The translations under genes were made by a program, and so were the position numbers. Shown one piece after another: positions 58,514-64,000 of a DNA stretch of 64,000 nucleotides. The first letter of the stretch is position 1, and every line of letters begins with the position of its first letter. The DNA comes from Fidelibacterota bacterium (GTDB lineage: Bacteria > Fidelibacterota > Fidelibacteria > Fidelibacterales > DSDE01). The notes below the pieces were generated by a model. That model searched no databases, was not told the DNA's origin, and saw only the letters and a program-made list of their open reading frames with translations. The DNA lies in assembly GCA_046735395.1 (NCBI GenBank), contig JBJKQR010000078.1:1-64000 (forward strand), given 5' to 3'.

Positions 58514-61366
58514 TCATTGAACAAACTGCAATGATCGGTTGAGAAGGATGATGGGATGGATGACGGGAAGCGATGTGCCCTGGGTAATCTGGAGCTGACA
58601 GGTACTGCATCCTGAGACGACGAGACGCGGGGCGGCGCTGCGTATTTCCGAGAAGAGATCTGATCCCATTTTCATGCTGAAATCGAAGTGTTCCGTCTTC
58701 ATTCCATAGGTGCCGGCCATCCCGCAGCAGCTGTCCTGAATGGGACGAATATTAAGGCCGGGAATGTGCTTCAGCAGGTCTGCGGGCTGAAAGGTATTTC
58801 CCTGGCTTTTCAGGTGACAGGGATCGTGGATGACCACGTCAATGGGCAGGGACGTGAAGGCCAGATTCGCGGGCAGGTCATCCAAATGGCGGCCGATGAA
58901 ATCATGAATATCTTGACACTGCGCCACGACGGTCCGAAGTCCGGGGAAACCGGGAAAGAATTTTTCGTATTCAAAGCGGAAGGCGTAGCCGCAGCTGGCT
59001 GACGAAAACAGAATAGGAATCCGGGCTTCGGCAAAAGGAAGCAGGGTTTCAATATTGAACTGCAGATCGTCTTCGCAGCCCTGTAGATTTCCATGACTGA
59101 TGCGGGCGATATTACAGCAGCGCCACAGCGGATGTATGACCTCGTACCCCAGCTTGGCCAGCAGCTGTTCACTGTGAGCCTGTTCTCCCTTGCTGTCATG
59201 GTAATTGGCCGAGCATCCGGACCAGAGGACTACCTGGGGCTTCTCCGGATTTTTTCCTCCCGCCGATCGAAAAACGCTGTCCTCAACCCGGCTCTTTTCA
59301 AATTTGAATAGAGTGCGGTCACGGTGAATTCCGGCGCTTTTCTCAAGAATAATCCGAAAACCTCTGTTCTGTAAAGCCACGTTGGAAAAGGGCAGGGTCA
59401 TGCTTCCCAGTTCATTGATGACTTTACCCTGCTGAAGGATTTTTTCTCCGAATGTGAAGGGAATGGCCGACCGTGCCGCTTCCCGTCCCTTGACGGCAAG
59501 AGCGGGAATATCGACACCCGTGGGACAGCTGTCGAGACAGAGGCCGCAGTTCAGACAGAAATCCATTATATCCAGAAAGCGTTGATCGGTGAGGCTTTCA
59601 TCCGGCAGGTCTCCCCGGAGGACGGCCCTGAGAATATTGGCTTTGGACCGGCCATCAGCCCGCGCGTCACCGCTGGCAATGAATGAGGGACAGTAGCTTC
59701 TGCAGGTTCCGCAGCCATGACAGGATTCAATGATGCTGCGCCAGGATCCGCCGCCGGGAAAATCCTGCGTGGCGGACACTTGGCCAGGAGGCCCGGGCCG
59801 CAGCTGTTCAGTCCAGATCCGACGGGCAGCGGGGCCGGCGATGATGCCCGGATTCATCAGATTATCAGGATCAAAAACCTGTTTGATCGCTTCGAAAAGG
59901 GGCATGAGCCGGGGGAACATTTTGGGGAGATAGGGGGTGCGAAGCCTGCCGTCTCCATGCTCGCCGCTGAGTGTTCCGCCAAAGGACCGGACCAGCGAGC
60001 TGAAATCTTCAGCCAGTATTCCCGCTCTGCGGAGTGTATCCGGATCACGCAGATCCATGAGCGGACGAATATGAAGATTTGCGCTGCCCGCGTGGCCGAA
60101 CATGACAAAATCGAAGCCGCTGCGTTCGAGCAGGGAGCGTGCAGCTTTGAGAAAATCAGGAAATTTTTGTCTGCTGACTGCTGAGTCTTCAATAATACTC
60201 ACCGGTTTTCGGGGTCCGGGGATGCGGTGCAGGACCGCTGTGGCTGAATTACGAATATCATATATGGCTTCAATATCGCTTTCATCCCAGGCACTGTCCA
60301 GCTGCAGGGTCGGCGAGATATTCAGAAGACCGGACCGGAGGCGGGACACACTTTCCCGCAAGTCCCTCTCATTCTGTCCGCTGTATTCGGCAAAAAGAAC
60401 GATTTCACAGCTGTCAGGCAGCAAATGTCCGATTTCGGGCCGAAAGGATCTGGCGAGGTCAAGAAAAGTCCTGTCAACAAATTCGATGCTGTCCGGTTCC
60501 ATTTCATGCAGGCCTGTCAGTACAGGGCCAAGATCTTCCGGATCCTCGATCTGCAGTGACAGCACCATTCTTGTATCCGGTATTGCCACGGTCTCGAGCA
60601 CCGCGGACTGAAAAATTCCCAGGCTTCCTTCAGATCCGCAGAGGAGCTGAGGCAGATGGAGCAGGTTGTTTTCCAGAACATTCCAGACCTGGTAGCCACT
60701 GGCGTTTTTCGTACTGCCGGGGCTTTCTTCGCGGATGGCATCAGCATATTCATTGAGACTGTCATACAGAATCCGGGACAATTTATTGAGGCGGGTGTCA
60801 CTGCTGTTCATTTCCGTAATGGAAACCGACTCGGCGTGGATACCTTCACCATCGGCAAGGATGAAATCCACAGACCGGACAAAATTCCGGATATTGCCGT
60901 ATTTTACACTCCGGCTTCCGCCTGAATTATTCGCCAGCATTCCGCCCAGAGTGCAGAATTTTCCGCTGCTCGGATTCGGACCGATCATGCGTCCCTTTTC
61001 GGCGGCAACTTTCTGAACATCCTGGAATACGGCGCCTGCTTCCACCCGGATATATCTGTCGTCAATCCAACGAATATCTGTCAGGTATTTGCTCAGGTCG
61101 AAGACAACGGCGGAATTCACGCTTCCGCCGGTCAGGCTTGATCCGGCTCCCCGCGGCAGCATGGGGATCCGGAGAGAATGGCAGGCCGCGACGGCAGTTT
61201 TCAGGTCGTCCCCATCCCTCGGGTACAGAACTGCCAGGGGTGTCTCCTGAAATATACAGGCGGCGCTGGCATATAATTGTCGGGAAAATACATCCGTCTG
61301 CAGCTCCCCGCGGAATCGCCCCTCAAGTGCTGCGGCCAGATCAGATATTGCGTCTGAGGTTTCCAT
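58514..61366 (-). CDS. FAD-linked oxidase / 4Fe-4S / CCG-domain oxidoreductase (YdiJ/GlcD-GlpC-like 2-hydroxyacid dehydrogenase)
   Basis: PRGAGSSL.G, TLGGM.ANN, GSEG.LG, GHAG..NLH and SGEHGDG motifs; two CxxCxxCxxxCP; CCGMAG; start could extend to 61402. Confidence 0.88.
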   Translation of the reverse strand: METSDAISDLAAALEGRFRGELQTDVFSRQLYASAACIFQETPLAVLYPRDGDDLKTAVAACHSLRIPMLPRGAGSSLTGGSVNSAVVFDLSKYLTDIRWIDDRYIRVEAGAVFQDVQKVAAEKGRMIGPNPSSGKFCTLGGMLANNSGGSRSVKYGNIRNFVRSVDFILADGEGIHAESVSITEMNSSDTRLNKLSRILYDSLNEYADAIREESPGSTKNASGYQVWNVLENNLLHLPQLLCGSEGSLGIFQSAVLETVAIPDTRMVLSLQIEDPEDLGPVLTGLHEMEPDSIEFVDRTFLDLARSFRPEIGHLLPDSCEIVLFAEYSGQNERDLRESVSRLRSGLLNISPTLQLDSAWDESDIEAIYDIRNSATAVLHRIPGPRKPVSIIEDSAVSRQKFPDFLKAARSLLERSGFDFVMFGHAGSANLHIRPLMDLRDPDTLRRAGILAEDFSSLVRSFGGTLSGEHGDGRLRTPYLPKMFPRLMPLFEAIKQVFDPDNLMNPGIIAGPAARRIWTEQLRPGPPGQVSATQDFPGGGSWRSIIESCHGCGTCRSYCPSFIASGDARADGRSKANILRAVLRGDLPDESLTDQRFLDIMDFCLNCGLCLDSCPTGVDIPALAVKGREAARSAIPFTFGEKILQQGKVINELGSMTLPFSNVALQNRGFRIILEKSAGIHRDRTLFKFEKSRVEDSVFRSAGGKNPEKPQVVLWSGCSANYHDSKGEQAHSEQLLAKLGYEVIHPLWRCCNIARISHGNLQGCEDDLQFNIETLLPFAEARIPILFSSASCGYAFRFEYEKFFPGFPGLRTVVAQCQDIHDFIGRHLDDLPANLAFTSLPIDVVIHDPCHLKSQGNTFQPADLLKHIPGLNIRPIQDSCCGMAGTYGMKTEHFDFSMKMGSDLFSEIRSAAPRLVVSGCSTCQLQITQGTSLPVIHPIILLNRSLQFVQ

Positions 61367-61455
61367 AACGGGGATATTAGAGAATTGCGTGGGAAAGCTC
61401 AACTGAAAAATCAGCGGAGTGCAGCCGGTTCCGGATTATAAAAAATTGAATGAAT

Positions 61456-61486
61456 AAAAAAAATCCTTCAGAGCTGAAGGATTTTT
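61456..61486 (-). terminator. Rho-independent terminator after tRNA-Lys
   Basis: AAAAATCCTTCA-GAGC-TGAAGGATTTTT hairpin; T8 tract on the minus strand. Confidence 0.85.
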
Positions 61487-61487
61487 G

Positions 61488-61560
61488 TGAGTGCGGAAGG
61501 ATTCGAACCTTCGACCAATGCCTTAAAAGGGCACTGCTCTACCAACTGAGCTACGCACCC
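61488..61560 (-). tRNA. tRNA-Lys (anticodon TTT), CCA not encoded
   Basis: Reverse complement folds as a cloverleaf: acceptor GGGTGCG/CGCACTC, D arm TAGCTCAGTTGGTAGAGC, anticodon arm GTGCC-CTTTTAA-GGCAT, T arm GAAGG-TTCGAAT-CCTTC. Confidence 0.96.
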
Positions 61561-61579
61561 GCTTTTGAAAAAGCCCGAT

Positions 61580-61608
61580 ATTATAGAAAAATTAATCGTA
61601 TGAATCAA
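61580..61608 (-). promoter_or_regulatory. sigma70 promoter of tRNA-Lys
   Basis: Minus strand TTGATT-17 bp-TATAAT ending 19 nt before the tRNA. Confidence 0.75.
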
Positions 61609-61753
61609 GAATAAATTTCAGGAAAAATCCCTGAATAAAGAAGCTGTCATCCTCTGAAAAATCAGACGGGGAGATTCAACACTGCAAACGAAGCGGATCC
61701 GGAATTATTTACAGGATATTCAGCGAAGCTGCTTGGTGGTGTCTGTACATTTG

Positions 61754-64000
61754 TCATTTGATCAGGATGCCCTTCTGGCGCAGTACCTGCTGATCAACGG
61801 TGAGGATAAAAACATACATACCGGCGGACAGATGGCCATAGCCGCTGCTTCCCAGATTCCAGATGAACTGATGATCTCCCCGGCTTTGCATTTCGCTGAA
61901 CAGCACAGCGCTTCTCTGCCCGCGCAGGTTGTAAATCTCCAGCTTGCAGTGAGAATAGAAGGGGAGTGAATAACTGATGGTGACTTTGGTCGTAAACGGA
62001 TTGGGCTGGAGCGGATCAAGGGAGGCACGGCCGGACCCCTGACGGCCGAGCCCGTCATCATTTTCGATATGCCCCACATTGAAAGCCCAGGGTACATAAT
62101 CAGTCTGGCTGCCCCAGGCCGAATTTCCCATCTTGTCACTGACCCGGATTTTCCAGAAATACCGTGTGTTGTCGTAGAGTTCATTATCATCATCAATGCG
62201 GTATTGTGTATCCGTAATGTCATCGATGACGATCACGTCCTTGGTAAACAGGCTGTCTTCACAGATGAAAATCGTATAGTGCAACTCATCATTCAGATCC
62301 GGATCCGAGCTGGGTTTCCAGGTAAAAAGAGGTTTGGTGCTGAGGGTGTCCTGATCATTGGTCGGTTTGAGTATACTGAAGGGAAGGGGCGACTCGGGAA
62401 AAAGATCCACACCGAAACGGACAGGGCCTGTCCAGTCTGAAAAGACGGAATCCGCGGTTTCCAGCCTGATTTTAAAATATCCCCAACAATTGTCATAGAA
62501 GGACAGAGTATCCTGAAAACGTCCGAAGGGAGCGGCATTGATATGATAGGTCCGGGTTTCATCGTGCTTCGGGAAAGTGATTTCGATATCGGCGGCCAGA
62601 TTCCGATCGAGCGGCCCGGGATCCAAATAGGTGATGGCATTCCAGCCAAACAGCGGCCTGGAATCATGAAAAATGGTGGTATCACTGAAATTCAGAGCGG
62701 ATTCGTAGATTCTGGGAGCTTCACGCATGGAATTAATCCAGAATATCCGGTCTGCAGACCAGGGACTCTTTTCTCCGTAACTATCCACGGCACGCACCCT
62801 GAAGTGATATTCCCCGTTTTCATCCAGTTCGTTCCGGATATGCCATGAACAGATTCCCGGAGCGGTGTGAACCTCCTGGATGACACTGTCGCCGGCCAGA
62901 ATCTGAGCATCATAACTCAGATCCTCAGGATGGGTGCCCGGGTCCGGATCATCGGTGTTCTTCCACATAAAGAGGGGGGACCGGCTGCGGACGACCTGGC
63001 TGTCCGCCGGAAAGACAACTCTGCTGACCGGATCCGGAGCCTCATTTCGGGTGTTAAGCCGGAAAAAACCGGTTCGGGAAAAAGAGGAACGGAGCCGGCC
63101 CTGATCCTGAGCGTAAATCCGGAAATAATATCCTTCATTTTCCCTCAGGCGATGAAAAACAGGGTAGAGATTAAGCTGAATGAGAATTTCGCTGTCATCG
63201 TTCGGTAGTTCGTATAACAGTCCCTTCCGGTAGTAAATTAAATTTCCGTTTTTCTGAACATCGCCGGTACGCCCCCAGTTACTGATGCGATTATAGGTAC
63301 CGGCATAGGGGGAAAGCCTGGAATGGTCATCTGTCCTCAGGTGAATGATATGGCTGGTGAAGAGTGAATCCCGGCAGAATTCGACGATGTAGGAAAGTGT
63401 ATCAAAGGGATCCGGGTCAAAGGACGCTTTCCAGCCGATCTGTCCGAGTATGGGCAGGATCTCTCCGGATGGCGGTAAAAATATTTCGGGCCGGGTCGGC
63501 GCCTCATTGCGCAGATTGAGGTAAAAGTAATGCCAGCGGCTCCAGGGTGAAAAGAGGCCCGTGTCATCCTCGCCGCGAATACGGTAGTAGTAAACGCTGT
63601 TTTCCTGCATTTGTCCCGTATCTACACCGATGGTGGGTCTGTGCACATAATAAAAGTACGGTGCGATTGCAGACGTATCGGATCGGAATTCCACTTCGTA
63701 ATGAAGAGAATCCGGAGCGTCGGAAAAATCATTGTCTACCAGTCCCCTCCAGCTGATGACCAGGCTGCTGTCTCTGAGGACCATCCCATCAGCGGGTGTG
63801 ATCCGTTCTGCTATCCAGTAGGGAGCATCCTCCTCCTTGTTGAAATTAAAATCAGCCTTTTCTGAAAATGCCGATTCACCGCCCCAGCCATCCACAGCCT
63901 TTACCCGCCAGAATATCCAGCTGTCATCTTGAAAAGAGTCTTTAATCCGGCCCAGCCGGAAGCTTGTATCCGTTCCGGCTTCGACACTGCCGATGAGGGG
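61754..64000 (-). CDS. Large secreted protein with tandem FN3-like repeats and T9SS-like C-terminal domain (5' partial)
   Basis: Frame stays open to the window edge; repeated N..NEAP...W....DPD...L.Y...YY.R.RA.D..G..S.WS modules; C-terminal PNPF...IYNLRGQ...SAGMY...K.ILIK. Confidence 0.82.
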   Translation of the reverse strand, partial: PLIGSVEAGTDTSFRLGRIKDSFQDDSWIFWRVKAVDGWGGESAFSEKADFNFNKEEDAPYWIAERITPADGMVLRDSSLVISWRGLVDNDFSDAPDSLHYEVEFRSDTSAIAPYFYYVHRPTIGVDTGQMQENSVYYYRIRGEDDTGLFSPWSRWHYFYLNLRNEAPTRPEIFLPPSGEILPILGQIGWKASFDPDPFDTLSYIVEFCRDSLFTSHIIHLRTDDHSRLSPYAGTYNRISNWGRTGDVQKNGNLIYYRKGLLYELPNDDSEILIQLNLYPVFHRLRENEGYYFRIYAQDQGRLRSSFSRTGFFRLNTRNEAPDPVSRVVFPADSQVVRSRSPLFMWKNTDDPDPGTHPEDLSYDAQILAGDSVIQEVHTAPGICSWHIRNELDENGEYHFRVRAVDSYGEKSPWSADRIFWINSMREAPRIYESALNFSDTTIFHDSRPLFGWNAITYLDPGPLDRNLAADIEITFPKHDETRTYHINAAPFGRFQDTLSFYDNCWGYFKIRLETADSVFSDWTGPVRFGVDLFPESPLPFSILKPTNDQDTLSTKPLFTWKPSSDPDLNDELHYTIFICEDSLFTKDVIVIDDITDTQYRIDDDNELYDNTRYFWKIRVSDKMGNSAWGSQTDYVPWAFNVGHIENDDGLGRQGSGRASLDPLQPNPFTTKVTISYSLPFYSHCKLEIYNLRGQRSAVLFSEMQSRGDHQFIWNLGSSGYGHLSAGMYVFILTVDQQVLRQKGILIK

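Noticed and set aside
61403..61753. tRNA-Lys as an integration site for a mobile element
   Set aside because: No integrase and no duplicated tRNA 3' end seen; the terminator follows the tRNA directly

Overview
Bacterial chromosomal window with no phage, IS or CRISPR. Gene content suggests an anaerobic FCB-group organism, possibly Marinisomatota/Calditrichota/KSB1-like; this is inferred from T9SS-type C-terminal domains, a PorV-like barrel, a GWxTD protein and the secY-map junction without adk. Bases 1-14.6 kb hold the end of tuf and the full S10-spc-alpha ribosomal superoperon. Next come a GHL10-like hydrolase, hutU/hutI, thyA-folA, the nickel-pincer cofactor genes larE/larB/larC and an SDR. 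An AraC regulator then lies divergent to a corrinoid methyl-transfer cluster (UroD/MtaA-like, MtaC-like, MtaB, MetH reactivation domain, B12 radical SAM). It is followed by a Phd-VapC toxin-antitoxin pair, a BMC-vertex + ACT + DUF711 operon, and tig-clpP-clpX. A GWxTD gene lies divergent to a four-gene TonB receptor / CTD protein / PorV-like / CTD protein operon. The remainder holds a frameshifted DUF523-DUF1722 gene, a GT2, uxaE, a peptidoglycan-processing trio, an FAD/Fe-S oxidoreductase, tRNA-Lys(TTT) and a partial FN3-repeat secreted protein. The best candidates for undescribed systems are (i) the SusD-less TBDR + secreted CTD protein + cognate PorV operon, (ii) the microcompartment-linked ACT/DUF711 operon with encapsulation-peptide-like helices, and (iii) the AraC-controlled MtaB methyltransferase module. 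All family calls are by-eye motif recognition; no database searches were run.
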